Part shown: one piece after another, positions 36,783 through 44,383 of the stretch | How the letters are laid out: each line of letters begins with the position of its first letter | Position numbering within the stretch: position 1 is the first letter of the stretch | IMG/VR virus record: IMGVR_UViG_2636415851_000001 | Coordinates: 1 to 64,000 of that record | DNA: 64,000 nt | Source of the DNA: a virus | Taxonomy: Duplodnaviria > Caudoviricetes | Strand: one strand, 5' to 3' | Notes under the pieces: generated by a model | Told to the model about the DNA's origin: nothing | Database searches by the model: none | Seen by the model: the letters and a program-made list of their open reading frames with translations, nothing else | Position numbers and translations under genes: made by a program

Positions 36783-37691
36783 TCAGGCGAGGAAGCCGGA
36801 GACGGTGTCGAGGATCGACTGTGCCTCGGCGGCCACGTCGCGGCGCTTGCCCTCGTCTTCGCGAAGGACGGACGCATCGTATTCGGCCAGCGGTTTCAGC
36901 TGCTCGGCCATGGCGGCGAGCTTCGGGTCGCCGGTGATGTTGAGGGCGGGCAGGATCTTGATCAGGTCGCGGACGTTCTCGACCAGCGAGTCCCGGAAGA
37001 TGCCCTCGGCCTTGTCGCCCTTGCCCTTGGCGGGCTTGTAGGCATTCAGCCGTTCGACCATGCGGCCGGCGACGTCGGCGACGCGCTTGTAGACGTCCTG
37101 CACGGCGGCGGTGGTCGCCTTGGTCAGCTGCTCCTCGATGTCGGCGCGGATGATGGATGCTTGCGCCTCGCTCATGTCGACGCGGAAGTCGGAGGAGGAG
37201 GGGACCGGCATCACCTTGCAGTCGAGCGAGAACTTGGCGCGCAGCGTGTCGACGTCCGGGTAATCCTCGTCCTTGAACATGCCATTGAGGCGGACTCGAG
37301 CATCATTCACATAGCCCGGATACTTGGCGAGGAAGTCGTTGACCGCGTCATCGAACTTCACCTTCTGCTGGCGGATCCAGCCCATGTGGGCGAGGTAGGC
37401 CTCGGCTGCCATGATGCGGCTGCCGTTGTCCATCCACGGCAGGGTGCGCGTGAGGAAGTCGGTGCGCGTGGCGCTGACGATCTTGACGATCGGCTCGAGC
37501 GCTTCCTTGGGCAGGAGCAGCTTATTGTAGCGTCCGGCGTCGGCCGCGGCGTTGTGCTGCTGGTTCACCTCGTCGGTGATCTCGCGGTCGAGGCGGCGGC
37601 CGGACCATTGCGAGATGGACAGGCTCACCAGCATTGCCCGGGTGGACAGGGAAGCGGTGGCGGCGGGTGCAATGGGAGTCATAGCGTTCAT
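36783..37691 (-). CDS. DUF3150-like helical protein typically linked to MoxR/VWA pairs
   Basis: AMLVSLSISQWSGRRLD, TLPW, LNGMF...DYP, IFRDSLVEN, LNITGDP motifs. Confidence 0.75.
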   Translation of the reverse strand: MNAMTPIAPAATASLSTRAMLVSLSISQWSGRRLDREITDEVNQQHNAAADAGRYNKLLLPKEALEPIVKIVSATRTDFLTRTLPWMDNGSRIMAAEAYLAHMGWIRQQKVKFDDAVNDFLAKYPGYVNDARVRLNGMFKDEDYPDVDTLRAKFSLDCKVMPVPSSSDFRVDMSEAQASIIRADIEEQLTKATTAAVQDVYKRVADVAGRMVERLNAYKPAKGKGDKAEGIFRDSLVENVRDLIKILPALNITGDPKLAAMAEQLKPLAEYDASVLREDEGKRRDVAAEAQSILDTVSGFLA

Positions 37692-37738
37692 GTCAGTCTC
37701 CGTTGGGTGCCATGATTGGCGGGGTGAAGTCGGTAGAG

Positions 37739-37885
37739 TCAGGCGGGGCGTAGCAGCTCCGCAATCAGGACGGTGATGGCCGCGCCGATGAGGAGGTCGA
37801 CGTACTCGAGTCCCATGCGGCGAAGCGCGAGAGCTGCGACACATTCCGCAAGCGCGATGAACAGGATCAGGGGTCTCAGCTTCAT
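37739..37885 (-). CDS. Small two-TM membrane protein
   Basis: MKLRPLILFIALAECVAAL... Confidence 0.5.
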   Translation of the reverse strand: MKLRPLILFIALAECVAALALRRMGLEYVDLLIGAAITVLIAELLRPA

Positions 37886-37941
37886 AGGGTTTCCTTCTGG
37901 ATGCGAGGGCGATCCTACACGCACGGATGCGTGGGGAGAAG

Positions 37942-38238
37942 TCAGGCAACAAGCGAGGCGCGGGTTGCCCTTGCGATCTCCTCCGGCGGGAGGAGGGATA
38001 CGAGGAAGTCTACCAGCTTGTGCGGAAGCGGAACCTCGTGGTCGAAGGACGCCTCGTTATCGTCCGCGCGATAGAGCGTGGCGTAGAAAGTCCGGTGCTG
38101 GACGTCGTAGGAAAGCCGCCACCAACGGCGCATGCCCTTGGGCTTGGAGTCGTAGACGGTCCAGTCGATGTAGGCGTCAGGAGCGAGGTTGTCCGGGGTG
38201 ATATTGCCAAACAGGTGGCGGAGGCGGTCCGGGTTCAT
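37942..38238 (-). CDS. Small protein, paralog family member 1 (LSYDVQHRTF...LPPEEIARATRASL)
   Basis: 98 aa ORF; ATGA-coupled. Confidence 0.75.
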   Translation of the reverse strand: MNPDRLRHLFGNITPDNLAPDAYIDWTVYDSKPKGMRRWWRLSYDVQHRTFYATLYRADDNEASFDHEVPLPHKLVDFLVSLLPPEEIARATRASLVA

Positions 38239-39047
38239 CCGACGATCTCCCCTTCCTCGTCGAAGGTGTAGTCGGCGAGGGCTTCGTCGACCGCCTCATT
38301 GGACATGAGGTATTCGTCCTCCTGCCGGAGCTGCTCATAGATCCAGTCCATGAAGGCGCGGAGGGTGGCCTTGACCTCGGATTCAAACTCAAGGCGGAGG
38401 AGGCGGTGCTTTACGAGCATAGCTCTCCATACCATGGCCTGCAGTCCGCTAAAGTCGCGGTCATCGTCGTCGCGATAGACCTCGATGCGAGTGCAGCCTG
38501 AGTGGTAGTAGCTGCCGGAGTGCTCGACGTGCACGGATAGATCCGGGATGAGCCCCAGGCATCGCTCGGAGAAGTCGGCCAGGTCCAGCGCGATCTCGTG
38601 CAATTTCGTGTCGAGCGGGGCGTGCTCCATGACGGCGGTCAGGGAGCCGATAGGATCCTTGACCGGGTACCAGTTGCCCTCGAAGCACGCGCCATCCCCT
38701 TGGCAGGAAAAGCCGGAGAACCAGATCTGCGGACCGCTGATGATGGCACCGCTGGCAAGCGTGTGGTGCTTGCGCTTGATCTGGATGCCCATCATGGCGG
38801 CGATGGTGTCGGCGTCTTCATAGATCGAGTCCCACCAGTCGTAGTCGATGCCCGTGGCGCGATAGTCGTCGCGCGCCTTTTCCTTGGCGCGGTCGGACAG
38901 TCCGTCGAAGGAAAACTCGGTCTGCTCGTCCTCGACGTCGCCCATCTCGGGCACAAGCGCGAGGGCAGGCTGGTTGACGTAGACGGGGGCACCTCCCGCA
39001 ATGGCGCGGTTGACGGCGCGGGTGAGTGCTGCGCGTGCGGCGTTCAT
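38235..39047 (-). CDS. Acidic phage early protein (IWFSGFSCQGDGACF family)
   Basis: FDGLSDRAKEKAR...DWWDSIYED...FSGFSCQGDGACF...YEQL..EDEYL motifs. Confidence 0.7.
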   Translation of the reverse strand: MNAARAALTRAVNRAIAGGAPVYVNQPALALVPEMGDVEDEQTEFSFDGLSDRAKEKARDDYRATGIDYDWWDSIYEDADTIAAMMGIQIKRKHHTLASGAIISGPQIWFSGFSCQGDGACFEGNWYPVKDPIGSLTAVMEHAPLDTKLHEIALDLADFSERCLGLIPDLSVHVEHSGSYYHSGCTRIEVYRDDDDRDFSGLQAMVWRAMLVKHRLLRLEFESEVKATLRAFMDWIYEQLRQEDEYLMSNEAVDEALADYTFDEEGEIVG

Positions 39048-39048
39048 G

Positions 39049-39306
39049 TCAGTCTCCCTGAATTGCGAGGGCTTCGTCGCCGAGCTGGTTGTAGAGGGCG
39101 TCGATGATGGCGAAGCGGCTGCGATAGACGGCCAGGTCGCGCTGGTATGCGTCAGGCTCGCCGATGTAGTCGCGGCCATTGGGTGCCGTCTCGCCGAGCG
39201 AGGTCATGACGGAGCGAAGATCCTGCCGGACGGCAATGCGCGCCTCCACGAGGGCGTCGCGGCTGGTGCCGTTGAGGTTGACGATCGGGCGCATGAGGTC
39301 AGCCAT
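39049..39306 (-). CDS. Hypothetical protein (PIVNLNGTS family)
   Basis: PxVNLNGTS...PNGRDY; GGAGG RBS. Confidence 0.65.
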   Translation of the reverse strand: MADLMRPIVNLNGTSRDALVEARIAVRQDLRSVMTSLGETAPNGRDYIGEPDAYQRDLAVYRSRFAIIDALYNQLGDEALAIQGD

Positions 39307-39445
39307 TGCGTGCCTCCCTGAGGATGCGGAATACCTCGTCGCGAGCTTCAGCGCTGGTGGGCTCGCGGCCAAGGCGTGCGGCCAGCTTGTTCCAGATCGT
39401 GTCCGGGTTGTCGTTGCGGACGGTGACGGTGACAGTGACGGCCAT
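39299..39445 (-). CDS. Small hypothetical protein (LAARLGREPT)
   Basis: Coupled ORF with GGAGG RBS. Confidence 0.55.
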   Translation of the reverse strand: MAVTVTVTVRNDNPDTIWNKLAARLGREPTSAEARDEVFRILREARNG

Positions 39446-39603
39446 CAGCCCATCCTCCGGTTGAGTTCCTCGCGGGCAACCGCGGCGTACTCGTCGCGTC
39501 CGGCAATGGTTTCGCGGCGGATGATCTCGGAAAGCTGCGCGGTGGTCGCGTTGCGGCAGAAAGCGGCGAAGTCGTCGCGGTCTGATTTCGAGGGCGTGGT
39601 CAT
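39445..39603 (-). CDS. Small hypothetical protein (MTTPSKSDRDDFAAFCRN...)
   Basis: Translated by hand, 52 aa; preceded by the motif and AAGGAG. Confidence 0.6.
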   Translation of the reverse strand: MTTPSKSDRDDFAAFCRNATTAQLSEIIRRETIAGRDEYAAVAREELNRRMG

Positions 39604-39764
39604 GGTCTCTCCTTGTGCATGATTGCGGGAAGGGGTTGCGCGTCCGGGTGCGAGGGCTGGAACGGATCGCGCTATAGGTCCAGCCGGTGGTATTGGTGCG
39701 GGGCTTTAGGTTCCCCGCGCATGGCGGATCTCCGTGCGAGGTGGATCGGGGCGGTGGATTACGG

Positions 39765-39944
39765 CTAGACCCGCGCGGCGGCTTCGAGGACGCGCAGATA
39801 TTCCGCCCAACGATAGGCGGCCACCCACATGGCGAGGATGAGCGCGACGATTGCGACGCTCCAGACGAAGCCGGAGTCAAGCAGGTCGGACATGCGCGGC
39901 CTCACGATGGGCTCGACGCGGATGGTGCGGCGGCGCGGCTTCAC
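39765..39944 (-). CDS. Small single-TM protein
   Basis: GFVWSVAIVALILAMWVAAY; GTG start coupled to the upstream stop. Confidence 0.5.
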   Translation of the reverse strand: MKPRRRTIRVEPIVRPRMSDLLDSGFVWSVAIVALILAMWVAAYRWAEYLRVLEAAARV

Positions 39945-40132
39945 GGGCGCACCTCGACATGGCCGCCGCCATAGGCGAGCAGCTTTGCGGTCGAGATGGC
40001 GCGCTTGCGGCTGGCGAATGTGTCCAGCGTCGAGGCAAGGCCGCCGGGCAGCATCACCGCCAAGCACCAGCGATTGCCGGTGCGGCGGCGACGGCGCGCG
40101 ACCACGTAGGTGTAGGGGATGGGCTTTTTCAC
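39941..40132 (-). CDS. Small basic protein
   Basis: GTG start after the motif and GAGGAG. Confidence 0.55.
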   Translation of the reverse strand: MKKPIPYTYVVARRRRRTGNRWCLAVMLPGGLASTLDTFASRKRAISTAKLLAYGGGHVEVRP

Positions 40133-40174
40133 GGGGATCTCCTCAGGTTCGCATGATTGCGGGGGTGGTGACGG

Positions 40175-40588
40175 CTACTCGTGCCACGGGCGGCCGGTGC
40201 AAGCCTCGATGTTGCCATCGGTGGGCAGCAGGTCCGCAAGCGGGCAAGCGGGGACGAGGTCGACGTCGATCGGGGCGATAGCCTGGCACTGCGGGAACTC
40301 GTCCTCGTGCAGGCGGTAGATCTCGCCTTGCTGGCCTTGGCAGCCGATGCCGATCAGGACGGTGTCCGGATAGGCGAGCGCGGGAGAGGGCAGCAGGAGC
40401 GCAAGCGCTCCCGCATACTGCACGAAGCGGATGGCAGCGCCCGGCACGGTGCGGTGGATCTGGCGAACCGGGCGCTGCCCGACCGGCCGATAGCTCGACG
40501 ATACGCAGAACGAGAACGTCAGGCGGCCGATTTTCAGGAAGCGGATGCCGCCCACCCTCATGGTGGACACGTTGAGGAACCGGATCAA
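40175..40588 (-). CDS. Hypothetical protein, possibly exported
   Basis: 137 aa ORF with an internal signal-like segment. Confidence 0.5.
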   Translation of the reverse strand: MIRFLNVSTMRVGGIRFLKIGRLTFSFCVSSSYRPVGQRPVRQIHRTVPGAAIRFVQYAGALALLLPSPALAYPDTVLIGIGCQGQQGEIYRLHEDEFPQCQAIAPIDVDLVPACPLADLLPTDGNIEACTGRPWHE

Positions 40589-40773
40589 TGGACTGCCTCC
40601 AGAATGCGAGCGCGGGATAGGCGAGCGCGGAAGGCGTCGTCACGAAGGATCATAGCCCCCACCTCGTCGCGGAAAGCATCGGCCTGTTCGTCGCGATGCG
40701 TCGCGAAATACGGATGGCGGAACGGTGGTGGTGCGTCCGGGCGAAGGACGGACTCCGGCCTTTGCGGTCTCAT
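40585..40773 (-). CDS. Small hypothetical protein
   Basis: Preceded by the motif and AAGGAG. Confidence 0.55.
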   Translation of the reverse strand: MRPQRPESVLRPDAPPPFRHPYFATHRDEQADAFRDEVGAMILRDDAFRARLSRARILEAVH

Positions 40774-40915
40774 TGCAGGTCTCCTTGTGTCGCATAGTTG
40801 CGGGTTCCGGCGCGTTGCCGCGTCAAGGCCAGTGCCTGGCCCTCACGTAGGAACGCGCAAAGGTGGGGAACCATGTCCCCACCTCCGGCGGTCATCTTAT
40901 GAGCCGCAGATGCTT

Positions 40916-41449
40916 TCAGGCGGCCTTCTGGATCTCCTCCGTCTTGGCGGCCGGTGCGGCCTTCGGAGCCTTGGCAGGTGCAGCGACGATCGGAGTCTTC
41001 GCCAGCGTCAAGGCGCCCTTGACAGCCTGCAGAACGCGCGGCGAACCGCCATTCTCCTCCAGTTTCTTGACGACGGACTCGAGGTACTTGACCTCGTCGA
41101 ATGCAGCCGCTGGCTTGCCCTTCGTGGCCTTTTCGTAGTTCGCCGGTGCGATTTCCATCGCTTGCGCCATGTCGGATTTCTTGCCCTTGGCAAACTCGAA
41201 AACGCGCGCCTTGTCGTCAAACTTGACCTTGCCGAAAGCGGTCGACCACGAAACCAGTCCGCGGCGATAGTTCGCCGGAGTGACAGCGTAAAGCGCGTTC
41301 AGGTACTTCGGATCATTGTGCAGCTCGACATGGTTCAATGCCGAATAGGCCAGCTGGTGCTCCTTTTCCGTGAACGTCGCGGCGGCCTTCACAAAGCCCT
41401 TGATTGCGTTGTTGAGCTTGGAACCGGTGAGAACAACAAACTTGGTCAT
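40916..41449 (-). CDS. First gene of the accessory operon; Lys/Ala-rich phage early protein
   Basis: MTKFVVLTG start after the motif and GGAG; C-terminal APAKAPKAAPAAK tail. Confidence 0.75.
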   Translation of the reverse strand: MTKFVVLTGSKLNNAIKGFVKAAATFTEKEHQLAYSALNHVELHNDPKYLNALYAVTPANYRRGLVSWSTAFGKVKFDDKARVFEFAKGKKSDMAQAMEIAPANYEKATKGKPAAAFDEVKYLESVVKKLEENGGSPRVLQAVKGALTLAKTPIVAAPAKAPKAAPAAKTEEIQKAA

Positions 41450-41535
41450 GATCTTAATCTCCATCGTTGGCATGATTGCCGGGTTAGTGCCGTTTGCACC
41501 TGAAAAGCCAAAAGAGGCTTTGCAGCTGGAAACGT

Positions 41536-41567
41536 GAAAAGGCCACCAGAGGGAGTCCGGTGGCCTT
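41536..41567 (-). terminator. Intrinsic terminator between the leader and the first gene
   Basis: AAGGCCACC-loop-GGTGGCCTT then T-tract on the minus strand; second small hairpin at 41504-41521. Confidence 0.65.
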
Positions 41568-41569
41568 AG

Positions 41570-42120
41570 AAACTTGTCGAATTTTTCGGTTTTCAATCGC
41601 TTGGATTGACCATGCCTGTATCGGTTGAGGTTTGCAGCACTGAAGCCAATGAGGCTTTGCCGAGTATCTTTCCGCCACCTACGGCATTTTCGCCGCTGTC
41701 GTGCTTCTGGCTATTCCTATGAAGCAAGTCCGTTGCTCCCTCAGTGCATGGTTACATGCTTTGCCAGTTCTCCCACCAACGATTGCCCAACACACTCAAC
41801 TTTGCAGTCTCGCATTGGATCGCTTTAGCCGGAACCTTCCCCGATACAGGTGATTTGTTGTCCGCTCCCTGTCGCGCGTCCTTCCCTATGTGCTGCAATC
41901 CGGCTTTGTCATGCCGAATCACCTCACGGTTGCCCTCTTCGTAACCGCGCTTTCCGTTGCTCCCTTTGCCTCTTCAATCCCTTGTCTCCACACTTGCAAA
42001 GCAAGTCACGAAACCAGTGCACCTAGAAGGCTAGGGCGGAAAACCGTCATCTTGTTTTCAAAGAACCGACGAAACCGACGAAGCCGGAACCGTCCAAAGC
42101 CCGAAACATTCGCGTTTCGT
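41570..42120 (-). ncRNA. Candidate large structured non-coding RNA or leader
   Basis: No credible ORF; nested long-range helices; flanked by a promoter and a terminator. Confidence 0.55.
42054..42066 (-). promoter_or_regulatory. boxA-like antitermination element
   Basis: GTTCTTTGAAAAC, preceded by hairpin CGAAAC-N6-GTTTCG (42102-42119). Confidence 0.6.
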
Positions 42121-42155
42121 TGTGAGCAAGATAATACGATACGAATTGAAAACAA
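42117..42155 (-). promoter_or_regulatory. Putative promoter of the accessory operon with a third operator-like site
   Basis: TTGTTT-N16-TATCTT; TCGTTG-N11-ATACGA matches the PL/PR palindrome spacing. Confidence 0.55.
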
Positions 42156-42820
42156 CCGGAAAAATACAGAAAATACCGTTTGGCCCGTTATCGCATTGAA
42201 ATTGCAGCAAATAAAAAATTCAAATCGTATCGCCTTTGCGTCGTCTCAGCTCATTACAGCTGGCCAAAAACAGGCCAGAAAATCGGGCAAATCGGATAGC
42301 CTAATTCGCTGAAAACAAACGATAAAAGGCGTTTGCTTTTGCCTCTGAGCTTGTCCCCGGCTTAGTGCCTGGCTCAATGCCTGGCTAACTCCCTGCCATG
42401 CTGGCCAAACTGGCCACCCATTGCCGGAGAAAACCGGTGGCGATTCTCCAGTGCACTCGCCCCAGAACAACCGCCACCAATCCCCGCAAAGGGAGAGAGG
42501 GAGAGGAGAGGAGAGAGGGGAAGGCGTGACAGCTGGCTATTGCGTGGAACAACGGAACGAGTCACACAGCATTCCAGAACGTCGGATTGCGCCTAGACGC
42601 CGCGACGCTTCATCCCCTCACCTGCTCACCTGAAGGCGTGCCGCTTGCGACTGGCCATCCCCGGCTAGACCTTTCGCCACGCCTTGCCGCTGGCCAGCTG
42701 GCTACCTGATGGCCATTGCCACCCATGCCGGACCATGCCGGACAAGGCGTTCCAGCGTCATTCAAAGCGAAAGAGCGTGAAAAGCCTTGCAAATCAAGGC
42801 GTTGAGAGGCCCCACGGGTA

Positions 42821-43010
42821 GGTTCTTCCGGAAGGGGGGCGGCCCACCGCGGGTCGGCGGCAGCGCAGTATTTGAGCGGTTCCGGGCTTTTCATTTCGAG
42901 GGTTCGGATTCGCGAAAAATTCCTGGCGAAGGTGGCGATGCGCGGGGAATGAATTTGCTGAAACCGCGCAACGAAATGGGGTGATCCCACGGGGCGGATA
43001 GAAATGATCT
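42821..43010 (+). other. Putative cos packaging site
   Basis: GGTTCTTCC (cosQ-like) then GGGCGGCCCACCGCGGGT, resembling lambda GGGCGGCGACCTCGCGGGT; GAAAT-type repeats downstream; upstream of a Nu1/GpA terminase. Confidence 0.6.
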
Positions 43011-43065
43011 TGCGCAGATCCCATCGCGCAGGGGCGAACTGTAGAATAATGCTTTCGTTTGAGGG

Positions 43066-43776
43066 GTGGCGAATACGATGCGTATCGTGAAGCGCGGCAC
43101 CAACCTGTTCCTGGTCCTGAGGATGAGGGACATGGCAAGGCACCTCAGCAACGATCGCGGGCGCACTGAGCTGCACCGTGGTGTGATCGACGCCGGTCGC
43201 CGGATGAAGACGATCAACCAGAAGACGGTCCAGCGGCAGATGGCGCTGAAGCCAGGCAACTACGGCAGCTATGTCGTCGCCGGCACGAGGGGCATCCCCC
43301 GCAAGAAGACACTCAGCTACGAGATCTTCGGCGTCAAAGGCGGCGCGAAGATCGAGCAGTATAAGGGGCTCATGTCGGTGAAGAGCAGCGGTCGTGCTGC
43401 CCGCCGCATGAACGCCGGCCGCGTAACTTCTGACCGAGGGACAGTGAGGTCGGGAGTGTGGAACAACCCGCGCGTCTTCAAACGGTCGTTCGCGACCGGG
43501 ACCGGGTTTTTCGCGATGCGGCCACCGAGCGCCGGGACGTCAAGTCGCGCTCCGAAAGCGCTGTGGACTTATGGCTCGAAGCCTGGGCAGCCCCGAGGGG
43601 CAGACGGGCGCTTCGCTCCTTCGGGAACGAGGTACGGCAAAGTCCGCCGGCTGTTCGGTCCTTCCCTGATGAAGGAGATCCCGAAGGATGATTCCTTGGA
43701 TGTCTTCCTGAGACACGGCCCGGCGTTGCTCGAGCGGCACGTCGGCAAAAGGCTCACCAAGCTGATGAGGTTCTGA
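43066..43776 (+). CDS. Basic protein, lambda gpZ-like minor tail/completion protein
   Basis: Highly basic; F.A......FF.R...RRLFGPSL pattern. Confidence 0.55.
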   Translation: MANTMRIVKRGTNLFLVLRMRDMARHLSNDRGRTELHRGVIDAGRRMKTINQKTVQRQMALKPGNYGSYVVAGTRGIPRKKTLSYEIFGVKGGAKIEQYKGLMSVKSSGRAARRMNAGRVTSDRGTVRSGVWNNPRVFKRSFATGTGFFAMRPPSAGTSSRAPKALWTYGSKPGQPRGADGRFAPSGTRYGKVRRLFGPSLMKEIPKDDSLDVFLRHGPALLERHVGKRLTKLMRF

Positions 43777-43777
43777 C

Positions 43778-44383
43778 ATGGCACCCCGGACGGAAAAGAC
43801 GGCGCCGCCGAAAAAGTCGTCCACCCGCAAGCCGGCACCGAAGAAGCCGGTGGCCGAAAAGAAGCCGAAGGCTGAGAAGCCCCGCGACGATCTCGCTGGC
43901 GTGGTGATGTCGACGCAGGGCATGGCCGCCGTTCTCGGGGTCACCCCGCGATGGCTTCAATCGCTCGTGAAAGACGGAACCATCCCATCGCTGGGCAGAG
44001 GGCGGTTCGATCCGACCGCTGTGTTCCAGGCCTATGCCGCCTTCCTCAAGGAGGGCGTCACGAAGAAGACGGGCAACGAAAGCCTGGACGAGCTCCGCAA
44101 GGAAAAGGCCCTGACCGAGCGCCTCAACCGCGAGCGGAAGGACCGAACGCTGATCGAGCTCGACGAGGCTCTAGGCGTCATCGACGAGGTGACCGGTATG
44201 TTCGTTGCGTCCCTCAACGGACTTCCGGCGCAGATCACGGGAGTGCCGCGGGAGCGGCAAAGGTTGAATGACATCTTCGATAGTGAGAGGCTCCGGCTCG
44301 CGGATCGTTTCGCCAAAAAGCGGGAAGCTCTTCGCTCGGGTAGAGAAGATCCTGACGCCGAGGCCGAGGACGACGCCGATTGA
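43778..44383 (+). CDS. Terminase small subunit (Nu1-like)
   Basis: wHTH MAAVLGVTPRWLQSLVKDG..GRFD plus coiled coil; upstream of GpA. Confidence 0.85.
   Translation: MAPRTEKTAPPKKSSTRKPAPKKPVAEKKPKAEKPRDDLAGVVMSTQGMAAVLGVTPRWLQSLVKDGTIPSLGRGRFDPTAVFQAYAAFLKEGVTKKTGNESLDELRKEKALTERLNRERKDRTLIELDEALGVIDEVTGMFVASLNGLPAQITGVPRERQRLNDIFDSERLRLADRFAKKREALRSGREDPDAEAEDDAD

Larger units (their letters stand above)
24095..41484 (-). repeat. Dispersed start-associated motif, ~16 copies (C-rich-GCAATCATG-N-AGGAGA-N-ATG)
   Basis: Cores at approximately 24095, 25189, 26462, 28904, 30211, 31292, 32103, 33301, 35445, 36194, 36631, 37711, 39618, 40152, 40793 and 41471. Confidence 0.8.

Noticed and set aside
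24095-41484. Dispersed motif as a CRISPR array or integron attC sites
   Set aside because: It is too short and degenerate, irregularly spaced and not palindromic, and there is no cas or intI gene.
41570-42120. tRNA, tmRNA, group I/II intron or CsrB-type assignment
   Set aside because: I recognise no hallmark motifs, and GGA richness alone is insufficient.
41570-42120. Leader RNA base-pairing with the start-associated motifs
   Set aside because: Only ~6 nt of complementarity (GATTGC) was found, which is not significant.
42488-42524. Purine-only GA tract
   Set aside because: It is low complexity and I cannot support a function.
41625-42633. Short ORFs listed in this interval
   Set aside because: They lack an RBS, have atypical composition and overlap regulatory elements.
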